From the human T2T-CHM13v2.0 reference genome, Homo sapiens: 64,000 nt of DNA. Shown here one piece after another: positions 15,084 through 29,620 of the stretch. The DNA is taken from the NCBI RefSeq assembly GCF_009914755.1, contig NC_060926.1; one strand, 5' to 3'. The notes under the pieces are model-generated. The model was not told where the DNA came from and did no database searches. It saw only the letters and a program-made list of their open reading frames with translations. The position numbers and the translations under genes are program-made. The first letter of the stretch is position 1. Each line of letters begins with the position of its first letter.

Positions 15084-18000
15084 TCTAAAATGTACTTGGA
15101 GCATTGTTTAATTTTTGGTGAACTAGAAAACATTCCTCCCTACATTGCCATTTAATCTAGTAAATATTCAATTATTACTTTTTACTTATTACATCTCCTA
15201 CAGTAAAATAAACCCTTTTGTTTATATAATGAACTCGATATTTCTTTATATTTCATGTCTACAAAGTCCCAATTTTTACTATTAGAGCTGAGTGTGGACA
15301 AATTGTTTTCCATCCACTGAGGAGATTTAAGACAATCTGATTGAATCTAAAATAAATTACAAATCCCAAAACACCTAAGTGAGAAAATGATACAGTAAAC
15401 CCTCAACCCCCTTTTAAAATATTCTTTGAACTCTAAACCTGAGTCTAAATGATAACACAAAGGCTATTTATACTTAAAAGAGTTAGCTCTTCAATAACCT
15501 TTCTGCTTAATCAATTGAACAATATTTAAGTTCATGCAGTTTGTATTAGGGGACTTTAGAATACTTTCTAGAATTATCTTGACTGCCATGTTTTTAGACA
15601 TGTAACTTTTATACATTAATAAGGTACTAAAAATAGCTTTGGTCAGTTCTAATAGGAATTGGACTCTGAATCCACTCACCAGTAGACATTGTAATTCCCA
15701 GCACTGGCTGTATGATAAATACTTCCACTTGGATCCCTGCATGTGCCAGCCAAGCTATGGCTACCTTTGTTAGGGAGCCTGGTCTCCATCCAAGAGAGTC
15801 TTAGTCTTACCAGAAATTATATGGCCCCTGGAGGAGCCATAGGGGACGCTAACTCACATGGTACTGGTTTGTAACAAAACTATTCATCAATCAGAAACAG
15901 CTGGCAAACATGATGGTCATGAACTGATCATCACATTCTCATCTCAGAAGAGAAACTAATATGGGAAGACTGAGATGTAAGAACTGTAAGAAAAGTAGTT
16001 GGATATAATTAAGAGACATTTTAATCAGTTTATCAAAAGTGATTCACCTTTTGGTACTTAATAACTGGCAGATAATCAGGGATCCTTTCCTTGAAGTAAA
16101 TGTTGGAAAAATATTTAAACTACACCACAGTGTTTGTTTACCTAGACCCCATGAAATCACCCTGTGGACCTCTTTTTATAGGTGGATTTCTTGACAGATG
16201 GATACACAGTGAGACAGCTTACTTTTATCGGTAAGCTCTCTCTAAATCAACTAGAGGGCTAATTTCTTCTAGGAAAACTTGCCTTATTTTCTTAGTTTTG
16301 AATTTGTTTGCTCCATCAAAATAAATATTCTTTCTTTGACTTGTCTTTATCTTTTCATTTTGAGCTTCAGTTTATTTGGGGACTAGATTTCTGCCTATTA
16401 AGATTTTTAAAACATAACATCTTCAGAGTTTGACTAGAAGAAAATAGTCTAGAAGTCAACCATAATTTGCCATATTAAATGCTGAAAGCTAATAATCTCA
16501 ATGACAAATGATGGAAAAACATTTTCATCAAGTATATAATGGTACGTGCCTTAGAAAAAAATAACTATTTTCTTTCCAAAATAGCTAAGCTTAAAGATTA
16601 CATTTTAAAACTACCTGTGATGTTTGTTAAAATATTGCAATAACACGTTCCTGCACTTTGTTAGCTATAGTAGATGAATAGCTTCCTATTTCTTTTGGGA
16701 AAGTTTACATGATGATGTAAACCCACAGATTATTTTTAAAAAAGAAAGTTCACATCTTTAGAAGCATATGCTATTTTATCCCCCTAGGTAACAAAACCTT
16801 TCTTAGTTGAAACCTATTATTTCCTGGTTTTCAAGCCTACCTCTGCTATGGTTCTGAATGGTATTCCACAGTCTTGCAAGAGTACCAGATTTTCCCCATG
16901 GATTGATTTTTTTTCTGTTCTTCAGGTTGACTGGGGGTTTCATAATTCATATGTTGACTAGTTCTAATCCTTGTAGACCTTATTAAAACACTAGACTAAC
17001 TGCAGACAGTCTGATTCAAAACAAATAAGACAATTACATTCCCAAGAGTCTCTGGACTTATTACACTTGAACAGCTTAGTTAGAAACTTTTTCTAAATGG
17101 GGGCTATCCGGAAAGGGTAATAGTGGCTATTAAGCAATGTAGAGTAAATATCTCAGAATTTTTATTTTACATATTTCCATATTTCAATCCAATAATGTAG
17201 ATTCTTTTGTTTTTCATAGAAAAATACTTTAAAAAATTCAGCTTAAAAAATTAGCTTATCAGTATCCAAAATTTTATAATAAAGACTATTTCAAAACCCT
17301 GATTTCTGATTTAGATAATTTCTGAAAGGTTTGTGTCCATAAAATACAAAAAAGGATAATTATTAACATACTTTTGCAGATATTTTCTCATTGTTACTTT
17401 TAAAAATTTAGTATTTCTGATTTTTAAAAGAGTTGCTTGTCATTATTCCATGTATTATTTAACAAAACACTATTGATGTGAATATTGACCATTGAAGAGG
17501 TTGTTAATGACAAGTAGATGAGATCTATAATTAAGGAGTTTACCAATTATTTCTAAGGAGTGCTTATACTTATAAAAGGAAGGGAAAAATTATTTCTCTG
17601 AATAAGTTTTTTTCCTTAATGTTTAAATAAAATGACAAGAAAAGAATCTTGAAAGTGAATTTCATGCTAACAATCTTTAACACATACCTGTTTTCTGAAA
17701 CTCTGGTTTCTCAAAAAGTAATGCTTGCCACTGTTCTATTATTTTCTTTTTTCACAATGAGACATAAGAGCAAGCTGTAATGAATCAGTGATAAGAGAAT
17801 TGTACTTACTCTTCTTGAAATTGGGACCTGTCTTTCCTGCCTTTTTTTTTTTTAAGTGAAGATGAGATTTGATACTATTAAAATTAGCCTTAGTAAGAAA
17901 TTAATCTGAATCAGGAAATTTTGAAAATTCCATCTGCCCCAAGATGAGCTCATTTCACTTCTAAAGAAAATACTGCCTGATTGCATGTACAAAATTGTTA

Positions 18001-19087
18001 TGTTGATATCTTATGTTTGTCTTCTTAGACCATAAGATCCTTATGGACAGAAACCATGCTTTACAATTCCTCCAATTCTTAACAGTACAGTATGTATTTA
18101 ATAAATATTGATTAATGGAGTTACGAATTAGATGAATGATAATGGATTTTGTTCAATGGAATAATTGGAAATGTTTTGAGAAGAGGAGAGAGTGACATCA
18201 GCAAGATGGTAAAATAGGAGCTCCCCTGCTTGTATCCTCTCAAGCAACAAAGGCAAAAGTGGCTTTGTGGGAGCTCTGGAATTCAGATAGGAGTTTGTGA
18301 AAACCTCCTGGAGCTCAAGACCTAGTAAGGCCATTCTAGAGGGTAGAACTATGCCCATGTAGAAAGCTCACAGGCTATGGTCCCAGTTCCAGACCTGGAA
18401 ATGGCCCTGTCATCCTGAGGACTCAGTTGCAGCCATGTTTGGCCTTGATCCTGCTACCACAATCACCCACCAAGGAACCCAGGTAGAGTCACACCATTTA
18501 TGCCTTCAGTGACAGGCCTGCTGACTTTGTTTCTTCCTGTGGACCCTGAAATGGCTAAGAGACTTGTCTTCAGCTCTGTCAGCTGCAGACTGCAAGCAGT
18601 CCTGCCCCATGAGGTCCCCAGGGGGAGACATACTTGTCTCTCAGTTCCTAGAGGCAGGCCTGTCAACCTTAGTCTCAGCTGTGGAACCTGAAGCAGCCCT
18701 GCAACTGTTTAAGTCCCTCACATCTGTGGGCTGGGGACAACACTGCCTGTCCAGAGAACTACTCAGTGACCCAGGGGGAGCCTTCCCAGAAACCCACATG
18801 AAGCCACACCAGTCTGTGCAGCTGGTGATAGGCTAGTTGTCTGAGCGAACTTGAAGACAGGTAAGTTGAAATTACCCAATTATAGAAAGAAAAAGAATGA
18901 AGGAAGCATAAGGGACTTATGGGACACCATCAAATACAAATATATTATTAATTATGGGAGTTTCTGAAACAAGAGAGAGAGAGAAAGCTAAAGAAAGCTT
19001 ATTTCAAGAAATAGTAGCTGAAAATTTCTCAAATATTGAGAGGATCCAGATTCATGGAGCTCAGAAAACCCTAAGCAAGACTGACCC

Positions 19088-19511
19088 TGTATTAGGCTGT
19101 TCATACATTGCTATAAATACTTGAGACTGTGTAATTTATAAAGAAGAGACTTAATTGGCCAATGGTTCTGCAGGCTTTACAGGAAGCATGGTGCTGGCAT
19201 CTGCTCAGCTTCCAGTGAAGCTCCTCAAGGAACTTTCAATCACGCCAGAAGGTGAAGGGGGAACAGGCCTGTCACATGGTGAAAATAGGAGAAAGAAAGA
19301 AAGAGAGAGAAAATGGAGGCGATGCGGGGAGGGTGCGGGCGTGGGTGCCATATACTTTTAAGTGACCAGACCTTGTGAGAACACACTCACTCTCATAAAA
19401 ACAGCACCAAGCCACAAGGGATTCACCTCCATGATCCAAACACCTCCCACCAGGCTAAGAATTACAATTCGACATGAGATTTAGGCAGGGACAAATATCC
19501 AAACTCTATCA
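19088..19511 (-). mobile_element. MST-type MaLR solo LTR
   Basis: tgtattaggctgttc ... ccaaactctatca, with 5 bp TSD gaccc on both sides. Confidence 0.88.
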
Positions 19512-19896
19512 GACCCAAAGAAGAATATTCTGAGACATATTATGATCAAATTGTCAAAAATCAAAGATAGAATCTTGACAGCACCAAGAGAAAAGTGCCT
19601 TATTACACACAAGGGAACCTTCATAAGACTATCAGCAGACTTTTCAACAAAACCCTTGCAAGCCAGGAGGAAGTAAGATAACATATTCAAAGTGCAAAAC
19701 AAAAAAAACAAACTGTCAATAAGTAATACTATAACTGGCAAAGCTGTCCTTCACATATGAAGGACAGAGAGACATTCCCTGACAAAGAAAACCTGAGAGA
19801 CATCATCACCAGTAGACCTGCCTTACAAGAAATAATGAAGTTCTTAGAGTTGAAACAAAAGGATGCTAAATAGCAACATGAAAACATATGAAAGTA

Positions 19897-19993
19897 CAAA
19901 TGTTTCTCAACTTATAATGGGGAAACATCCTGATAAACCCATCATAAAGTCACAAAATTATAAGTCAAACCAATGTAAGTTGGGGACCATCTG
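19897..19993. mobile_element. 97 bp MER47-like (Tigger-derived) MITE
   Basis: Imperfect TIRs caaatgtttctcaacttataatgg ... ccaatgtaagttggggaccatctg, TA target duplication. The host L1 text resumes after it. Confidence 0.8.
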
Positions 19994-20550
19994 TACAAAA
20001 TTCACTGGTAAAGGTAAATATTTAGTGAAATCCAGTATACTCTAATACTGTAATAATGGTGTGTAAATGACTTTTAATTCTAGTACAAAAGTTAAAAGAC
20101 CAAAGTATTAAAAATAACTATAACTACAATTTGCTGATAAATAAACAAAATAGAAAGATGTAAAATATAACATCAATAGCCTAAAATGTGGTGAGGAGCG
20201 AAATAGAAGTGTGGGTTTTGTATGCTATTGAACTTAAGCTTTTAGTTCAAAATAGAATGTTATAACAATAAGATGTTTCGTAAAAGTCCTGTGGTGAACA
20301 CAAAGAAAAAATAAACCTCTAGTGAATACACAAAGATAACAACAAAAAAAAACCAAAGCATGCACTTCAAAAATCTAACAAATTACAAAGGAGGAAGAAA
20401 AGAATGGTATAATGGAAAAAAGGAATGATGAAACAATTAGTAAACAACAAAATGGCAAAAGTTCTTACATATTGATTATTACTTTACATGCAAATGAATA
20501 TATTTTCCAATCAAAAGACACAGTGTTTAAATGGATTAAAAAATATGATC

Positions 20551-23481
20551 TCAGTTGGAAAAAAAATGGCAGATAGGAGACAGGACTAACTTCAGCTCCC
20601 ACTCAGAGCAGTGTGTGGAGGCTCACACTGTGAACTTTTGCTCCAAGGATTAGTGCAGTAACATACCAAGAAAGCCAGAGACTCCACAAGCCCTTTGAAG
20701 GAAGCGGCTTGCTGTTGCAGGTTCTGTGAGACAGCCAAAAGAATGTGAGTATTCAAAGTGTAAAAGAGGGAACATCCACCCCCAAACACACATCCTCACT
20801 GGGAAACCTAAAGGTTCAGATCACAGGAGAAGAATTTGACCTTACCTGGCGCTGAGACAAATTTAGAGAGCTGAGAAAAATATGGGGGTAGAAGAAGCAC
20901 AGGGAAGAGTCCTGTGGGCACTCTCAGTCCCCAGGGAAGCCATTTCTGACTTTATTTCATAGGGGTCCTTGGGGAGGGCTGGCAGTGGAACTGGGGAAAG
21001 ATGAAAGATTCAGGAAACATTCAGCTGAACTTTGTAACAATTTCAACTCAAGGTGAAGGTTCCTGGACAGAAACTGGGGGAGGGAGTGACCTGGAGTACA
21101 AATATGAACACAGAAGCTGCAGAAGGTAGGGAGGCATGAAACCTGAAAGCCCTGTTTACTTTCTCAGCAGGGAGGCTTGTAGCCTGGGGCAAGTTCTCAG
21201 CCCTGCTCACTGGCTGCCTGGAAATAAACTCAGTGTGGTTAGGGGGACACAGTGGGAGTGAGACTAGCCTTTCCAGCTGCATGGGAGCTGTGTGAGTCCT
21301 GTCACTGCTGGCTTTCCTGCACTTCTCTGGTGACCTGTATGATATGACAGAGGCAGCCATAATCTCCCTGGGAATGTAACTTCATCAGCCTGAGAACCAC
21401 ACTCCAATCCTCCACAACAGCCTAAGCATGCCCTGCCCAAGGAGAGTCTGAGCTCAGACACACCAGACCCTGCTCCCACCTGATGGTCTTTCTCTACCCG
21501 CTCTGGTAGCTGAAGACAAAGGACATAATTTCTTGGAAGCTCTGTGGCCCCACCCACCACCTGAGACACCCAAATACTTACCCAGGTGACCTTAGGGCAA
21601 GCTTGTATACTCCCTGTAATACTGCAGCTGATACTCTCTTGAAAGCACCACCTCCTTGCTGGAGGCCAACCAACACAAAACCAGTGCACTAAGCAAAAAT
21701 ACAACCAAGGACTCTCACAGAGTCCACTTCACTCCCCTGCTACATGCGCTGGAACAGGTTCTGGTATCCACGACTGAGAGACCTGAAGATGGATCACATC
21801 ACATGACTCTTTGCAGACACTCCACAGAACCAGCCCAGAGCCCACTAGCTCTGCTGTGTGGCTGGATCCAGAAGAGAAACAACAATCACTATAGTTGAGC
21901 TCTCAGAAACCCCCATCCCCAGGGGAATGGGGAGAGTACCACATCCCCATAAGACAAAAGAATTCAAACAGCAGCTCTTGAGCACCGTATCTTCCTTCTG
22001 ACATAGTCTACCCAAATGAGAAGAAACCAGAAAAACAATTCTGGTAATATGAAAAAACAAGGTTATTTAACACCCCCAAAAGATCACAATAACTCAGCAG
22101 CAATGGATCCAAACTGAAAAGAAATCTCTGAATTGCTAGAAGAATTCAGAAGGTTGATTTTTAAGCTACTCAAGAAGGCACCAGAGAAAGGTGAATACAA
22201 ACTTAAAGAAATTTTAAAAATGTCACAGGATATGAATAGAAAAATAGATAAACAGCATAAATAAAAAATAATCACAACTTCTGGAAATGAAGGACATACT
22301 TAGAGAAATGCAAAATCCACTGGAAAGTCTCAGCAATAGAATTGAACAAGCAGAAAAAAGAACATCAGAGCTTGAAGACAAGGCTTTTGAATTAACCCAA
22401 CCCAATAAAGACAAAGAAAAAAATTAAAACGGAGCAAAACCTTCAGGAAGTTTGGGATTATGTTAAAAGACCAAACCTAAGAATAATTGGTGTTCTTGAG
22501 GAGGAGAAATCTAAACATATTTGAGGGAATAATCATTCCACTATGGAAAACAGTGTGGAGATTGCTTAAAGAACTAAAAGTAGAACTACCATTTGATCCA
22601 GCAATCCCACTCCTGGGTGTCTACCCAGAGGAAAAGAAGGTATTATACAAAACATATACTTGCATATGCATGTGTATAGCAGCACAATTCACAATTGCAA
22701 AAATATGAAACTAGCCTAAATGCTCATCAATGAGTGGATAAATTGTGGTGTATATATGCATTAGTCCCTTTTCACACTGCTGATAAAAACACACTGAGAC
22801 TGGACGATTCACAAAAGAAAGAGATTTAATGGACTTACAGTTCCACATGGCTGGGGAGGCCTCACAATCATGGTGGAAGGCAAAGAGGAGCAAGTCATAT
22901 CTTACATGGATGGCAGCAGGCAAAGAAAGAGAGCTTGTGCAGGAAACCTCTCATTTTTTAAAATCATCAGATCTTGTGAAACTTATTCACTATCACAAGA
23001 ATGGCATGGGAAAACCTGCTCTCCATGATTCAATTACCTTCCACCGGGTCCCTCCCACAACACGTGGGAATTCAAGATAAGATTTGGGTGGAGACACAGC
23101 CAAATCATATCAATATATACCATGGAATGCTACTCAGCCATAAAAAGGAATGAAATAATGGCATTTGCAGAAATCTAGATGGAACTGGAGACCATTATTC
23201 TAAGTGAAGCAACTCAGGAATGGAAAAGGAAACATTTTATGTTCTCAATCATAAGTGGGAACTAAGCTATGAGGATGCAAAGGTGTGGAAATGGGACTTT
23301 CGGGACCTAAGGAAAGGATGGGAGCAGGGAGAGGGGTAAAAGACTACACATTGGTACAGTGTACATTGCTTGGATGTTTTGGTTTACCAAAATCTCAGAA
23401 ATCATCACTGAAGAAGTTATTCATATAACCAAACACCACCTGCTCTCCAAAAACCTATTGAAATAAAAAAATTAATAAGTC
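20551..23481 (+). mobile_element. L1PB-type element with 5' UTR, ORF1 N-terminus and 3' end, missing the internal several kb
   Basis: 5' atggcagataggagacaggactaac, 3' aaaacctattgaaataaaaaa. 13 bp TSD aaaaaatatgatc at 20538-20550 and 23482-23494. Confidence 0.85.
22757..23112 (-). mobile_element. THE1 (THE1B-like) MaLR solo LTR
   Basis: tgcattagtcccttttcacactgctgataaa ... gacacagccaaatcatatca, with 5 bp TSD atata. Confidence 0.9.
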
Positions 23482-24200
23482 AAAAAATATGATCCAATAA
23501 TATTCTATGTACAAAATACTCACTTTAGGCTTGAGGACACATAGAAAGTACATGAATGAAAAAAGATATTCTATGCAAGTTATAACCAAAGAGAGCAGGG
23601 GTGCCTATACTTATAAAAGAAAAAAACAGACTAAGTCAAAAACTGTAAAGCTGTAAAATTCTAATGTAGTAGTAAATGCCTGCATTAGACAAAAGTGTTA
23701 ATATATAATAAAGATGTCAATTTATCAAGAGGTTATAACAATTGTAAATATATAGGCACCCACCATCAGATCATCTGAATATAACAGGCAGATATTAACA
23801 CAAAGGAGAAATACACAGCAATGTAACAGTGGCGGACTTTAATATTCCACTTTCAACAATGGATATATTATCCATACCAAAAAGGAAAAAAGTCAATAAG
23901 GATGAAGTGGACTTGAATGATAAACCAAAGGAACCTAGCAGACATATAGAGAGAGCATTCCATCTAACAGCAGCAGAATACATATCCTTCTCAAATACAC
24001 ATGAAACATTCTCCAGGATTGATCATATGTTGTGTCATAAAACAAAACAAATTTAAGAAGATTGAAATCATCTCAAATATCTCTTCTGACCACAATAATA
24101 TGAAACTAAAAAGCAATGATAGGAAGATTGAAAAATTCATAAATATGTGGAAATTAAGCAATAGGTTTCTGATCAACTAATGGATCAAAAAAGAAATTAA

Positions 24201-24607
<407 letters not shown>

Positions 24608-27480
24608 CTACATTATAAAGGAAAAAAATCCAAATATGCAAGCTAACATTACACCAAAAGGGTCTGAAAAAAGAAGAACAAACCAAGAAAAAGTTTGTAT
24701 AAGGAAGCTAATAAAGATCAGGCCAGGAAAAAATAGAAATTAGGAAAACAATGGAAGAGATTAATAAACCTAAGAGTTGTTATATTTTAAAAGATAAGTT
24801 GATATACCTTTCACTAGAAAAAAACAGAAGACTCAAAATCAGAAATAAAAGAGGAGCTATTACAACTAAAGACACAGAAATAAAAAGGTTAATAAAAAGA
24901 CTATTACCAATTATACACCAACAAATTGGATAACCTAGAAGGAATGGATAAATTTCTAGATACACATAACCTACTAAGACTGAATTATGAAGTAGAAAAT
25001 CTGAGCAGATCAATAACAAGCAAGGAGATTGAATTAATAATTTTAAAAAAATCACTCACCAAAAAAAGCCCAGGATCCGATGGCTTCACTGCTGAATTCT
25101 ATGAAACATTTAAAGAAGAACTAATACCAATCCTTCTGAAAGTCCTCCAAAAATCAAAGAAAAAGAAATAACTTTCAAGTGAATTATATGAGGCCCTGAT
25201 ACCAAAGCCAGACAATACCATTACAAGAAAATTACAATCCAATATCTCTGATGCACACAGATGCAAAAATCCTCATCAAAACACTAGTGAACCAAACTTA
25301 ACAGCACATTAAAATGATTATTCACTGTGATAAAGTGGGATTTATTAATGGGATGTAAGGATGGTTCAATATATGCAAATCAATAAATTGATATGCCACA
25401 TTAACAGAATATAGGACAAAAATCATATTATCAATGCATCAAGAAAAATTATCTAACAAAATTCAACATCCTTTCATGATAAAAACTACCAATAAATTAG
25501 TTACAGAAGGAATGCACCTCAACATCATAAAAGCCGTATGTGACAAGCCCACAGCTTACATCATACTCAATGATGAAAAGTTGAAAGCGTTTCCTTTAAG
25601 ATCTGGAACAATATTCACTCTCACAACTTCTATTCAAGTAGTACTGGAAGCCCTAACTAGAGCAATTACGCAAGAGAAAAAAAAAAGTATTAAAATCACA
25701 AAGGAAGTAAATTGTCTCTGCAGATGACATAATCTTATATATTAAAAGCTTTAAAGGCTTCAAAGAACTTTTAGAACTAATAAATGAATTCAATAAAGTT
25801 GCAGGATACAAAATCAATGTACAAAAATGAGTTGCCTTTCTAAACACTAACAATGAATTATCTGAAAAAGAAATCAAGAAAACAATCCCAATTACAGTAG
25901 CTACAAAGAAAATAAAATGCTTAGAATTAAATTTAACCAAGGAGGTAAAAGATCTGTACACTGAAAACTATGTAAGATAATGAAAAAAGAAGACACAAAT
26001 GGAAAGATATCTATGTACAGGGATTCGGAAAATATTGTTATAATGTCTATATCACCCAAAGAAATCTACAAATTCAATACAATCCTTATCAAAATTCCAA
26101 TAACATTTTTTACCAAAATTTTAAAAATTCTAAAATTTGTAAAGAAGCACAAAAGACCCTGAATAGCCAAAGCAATTCTGAGCAAAAACAAAGCTGAAGC
26201 CACATACTACCCAACTTCAAAATATACTGCAAAGCTGTGGTAATCAATAGAGCATGGTGCCAGCATAAATACACAGACAAATGGAAAAAAAATGAAAAGT
26301 TCAGAGATAAATCCAATATTTACAGTCAACTGATTTTTTACAAAGGCACCAAGAATAAACAGTGAGGAAAGACAGTTTCTTCAGTAAGTGGTGTTGGGAC
26401 TACTGGATAGAAACATGCAGAAGAATAAAATTAGATGCTATTTTATATCAGAAAAAATTAACTCAAGATTAATTAAAGACTTAAATGTAAGATCTGCAAC
26501 TGTAAAATTACTAGAGGAAAATATAGGAGAAAAACTCTATGACATTGGTCTTGGCAATGATTTTTTGGATGACTCCAAAAGCACAGGCATCAATAGCAAA
26601 AATAGACAAATGGGATTGCATCAAACTAAAAGGCTTCTAACAGTAAGCAATCAACACAGTAAAGAAATAACTTATGTTAATGGGGAAAATATTTGCAAAC
26701 CACACATCTTACAAGGGGTTAATATCTAAATACATAAGGGATACAAAGAACTCAATAGTGAGTAAACAAATAACCAGATTTGAAAACTGGGCAAATGACC
26801 TGAAGAGAAGTTTTTCTCAAGAAGACATACAATTGCCAAAAGGTATATAAAAATACTCAGCATAAATAATCATCAGAGAAATGCAAATTGAAATTACATT
26901 GAGATATTACCTCAAACCTGTTAGAATGGCTGTTATCAAAAAGATGAAAGATAAATGTTAGAGAGGATGTGGGGAAAAGAGAAGCCTTGCACATTGTTGG
27001 AAGGAACGTAAATTGGTAAGCTATTATGTAAACCAGTATGGAGTTTCCTCAAATTAATAATAGAACTATCATATAATCCACCAAGTATTATTCTGAGTTT
27101 ATAATCAAAAGAAATGAGTACATTGAAGAGATATCTGCACTCCCATGCTCATTGCAGCATTATGCACAGTAGCCAAATTATAAAGTCATCCTAAGTGTTC
27201 ATCGGTGGATGAATGGATTAAAAAATATGGTATATATACAAAATAAACACTATTCATCCTTAAAAAAAAAAAAGGAAATCCTGCCATTTGTGACAACATA
27301 GATGAATCTGGAGGACATTTTGCTAAGTGAAAAAAGTCTGGCACAGAAAGACAAATACTGTGAGACCTCACTTATACATGGACTCTAAAATGAAACTCAT
27401 AGAAATAAAGAGTAGATGGTGGTTATTAAGGGCTGGAGAGTGGGAGTGGGGATTGGGACATGTTGGTCAAGGTACAAAAT

Positions 27481-29620
27481 GGGAGTGACATCAGCAAGAT
27501 GGCTGACTGGAGATGGTTGGTGCTCATTCCCCCTGCAAGAAAAGATCAAGACAATAGAAATACAGCTAAGAATTGACTTGGGTGTTGAAGGGAGAACACT
27601 GGAGTGCAGCAGGGGAGTGGAGATGTATCTATGGTGATTGAAGCTCAGGAAGGCGGTATGGAGGCACCTGGCCTCCGAAGTCCTGTCTCCCCCACCCAGA
27701 TCAGACTGGTCCAGACAAGAGGGACTTCCCCTTGTAGGGGCAGAAGAGGTGAGGGAGAAAGGTAAGCAGAATAATCCCATCAGCCCCTACTGCCACCGTA
27801 AATACCTGAAGTTCTTAGTACAGGAGTATCACAAGTTCTCTCAAAGCCCTGTGCCCAAATGAAAGAGCTGTTAGGGCTTCACATAGGTGCATTGCTCCAG
27901 ATTAGGAGCACAAGATGTGTATTCCCTACCCTACACCCAGTCAAGCTGCTGCAGCACTGTGCCATCTTGAGACCAGGGCCACCTCTGGAGTGTGCCTTCC
28001 TCTGGGGGCAAGTAGCCACTGCACTTCTGATGCACTAGGGCTCCATTTTCATTGCATCAAGCCCACACTGGGTGGTGGTGGTGGGTGGGGGGCACTGACC
28101 ACCACAAACCCAGCTATGTAGAGCTTGGGCCTAGGATCAGCTGTGACTCCAGTCCTGCAAAGCAGGGAAACAAACCAACCACCACCACCTTTACTTCCAG
28201 TTAGAAAAAAGTCTTGCAGACTCACCCAGGGTGAACTTACTCTTGAGCCAGCAGACTGCTGTGTGCCTCACTCCTTATCCCCGCAAAGGTCCCCCACTGA
28301 GCAGGTGCCATAGCCCTAGGCTGGCAGAGTGGCTACATGTTCATGCCCAGTGCTTGAGAAACAGCCCTAAGGCATGCCTAACCCCCATAGAAATGCCCCT
28401 GCCCTGGCTTGCCCAAAAACTCTGCCTGCAATTCACACCTGAGAAACAGCCCCTGGCAGAAATGTCCTCAAGTTGACCAGTGAGCTATGCACCTGTGTTC
28501 TGGGCCTGAAAAACAGCTCCACATGCCACCCCTGACAGACATGCACTCAAGCCAGTTGAGTAGCTGTGCACTGACATCTTGGGCTTGAGAAACAGTCCTG
28601 AGGGCCACCCCCAAAACACACACCATTCAGGCCAGCTAAGCAGCTGGGTGGTCATGTCCCAGGCTTGAGAAACAAACACATAGGCTACACCTGACAGACA
28701 TGTCCCCAGGCTGGCTAAGCAACTGCATGCTTATGCCCCAGCCAGAGTAACAGACCCTCAACCCCAGTAAGCCAGACCCCTTGGCTGACCCATCATGTGC
28801 CCTGACCTGAGAAACAGCCCGGCAAGCCTATTTCTGGCAAAGCTGCACTGCTACCACTATGTTTCTCAGCTTAAGCCACAGACACACTTGCAAACATTAC
28901 TAATATAGATTATAGCTGAAGAAACTATATAGAGCCTACACTACTGTGTCCAATTAGAACCGAAGCCAACACACCTCACCAAACCAATAGCCCAATAACC
29001 GTCTAAATGAATAAGTCTTTTCTACAACATCTACTTCATAAACTGGAAAAGGTGACCTTTCTGCCAGATGCATAGAAATCAATGGAAGGACACATCAAAC
29101 ATGAAAAAGTAAGGAAACATGACACCTTTGAGGGACCACAATAATTCTCCAGTAACAGATCCCAATCATAAGGAAATATGCAAAATGTCACAAAAATTCA
29201 GAATAATAATCTTAAGGAAATTTAGTGAATATACAAAATAATACAGATAGACAATTCGATAAAATCAGAAAAACAATTCATGAATTGAATGAGAAATTCA
29301 ACAACAAAGTAGATATTGGATAAAAAGATACAAGTATGAATTCCACAACTGAAGAACTCAATGAGATGAAAAATATAATCGAGAGCTTCAAAAACAGACT
29401 AGATCAAGCAGAAGAATAAAGTCTCTGAACTAGAAGACAGTTATTTTGAAATAACAGAGAGACCAAAGAAAAAGAGATAAAGAAAAAAGAATGATGAAAG
29501 CCTACAAATTTATGTATAGGACACCATTAAACAAACAAATATTCACATTGTGGGCATTCCAGAAGGAGAAGAGGAGGGAAAAGGTAAAGAAAACATATTT
29601 AATAAAATAATAAATTAGAA
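27481..29620 (+). mobile_element. 5' UTR (with internal tandem array) and ORF1 N-half of a second old L1
   Basis: Starts gggagtgacatcagcaagatggctgac. ORF1-like text from ~29100 (gagagcttcaaaaacagactagatcaagcagaag). Confidence 0.8.
28350..28825 (+). repeat. Degenerate ~67-85 bp tandem array, about 6-7 units, anchored by tgagaaacagcc
   Basis: Anchors near 28355, 28440, 28507, 28586, 28666, (28743) and 28808. Confidence 0.8.

Larger units (their letters stand above)
11958..15100 (+). other. FAM171B: FAM171B 3' UTR (~3.1 kb, AU-rich, no obvious interspersed repeats)
   Basis: Follows the stop codon and ends at overlapping AATAAA hexamers followed by U/GU-rich sequence. The exact end is inferred. 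Confidence 0.7.

Noticed and set aside
15491-15742. Minus-strand 83 aa ORF with an internal gtgagt donor downstream of the gene
   Set aside because: No recognisable homology and no convincing partner acceptor or exon chain.
28350-28825. Regularly spaced repeats as a CRISPR-like array
   Set aside because: The units are homologous along their whole length with no unique spacers, they sit in an L1 5' UTR, and the DNA is eukaryotic with no cas genes.
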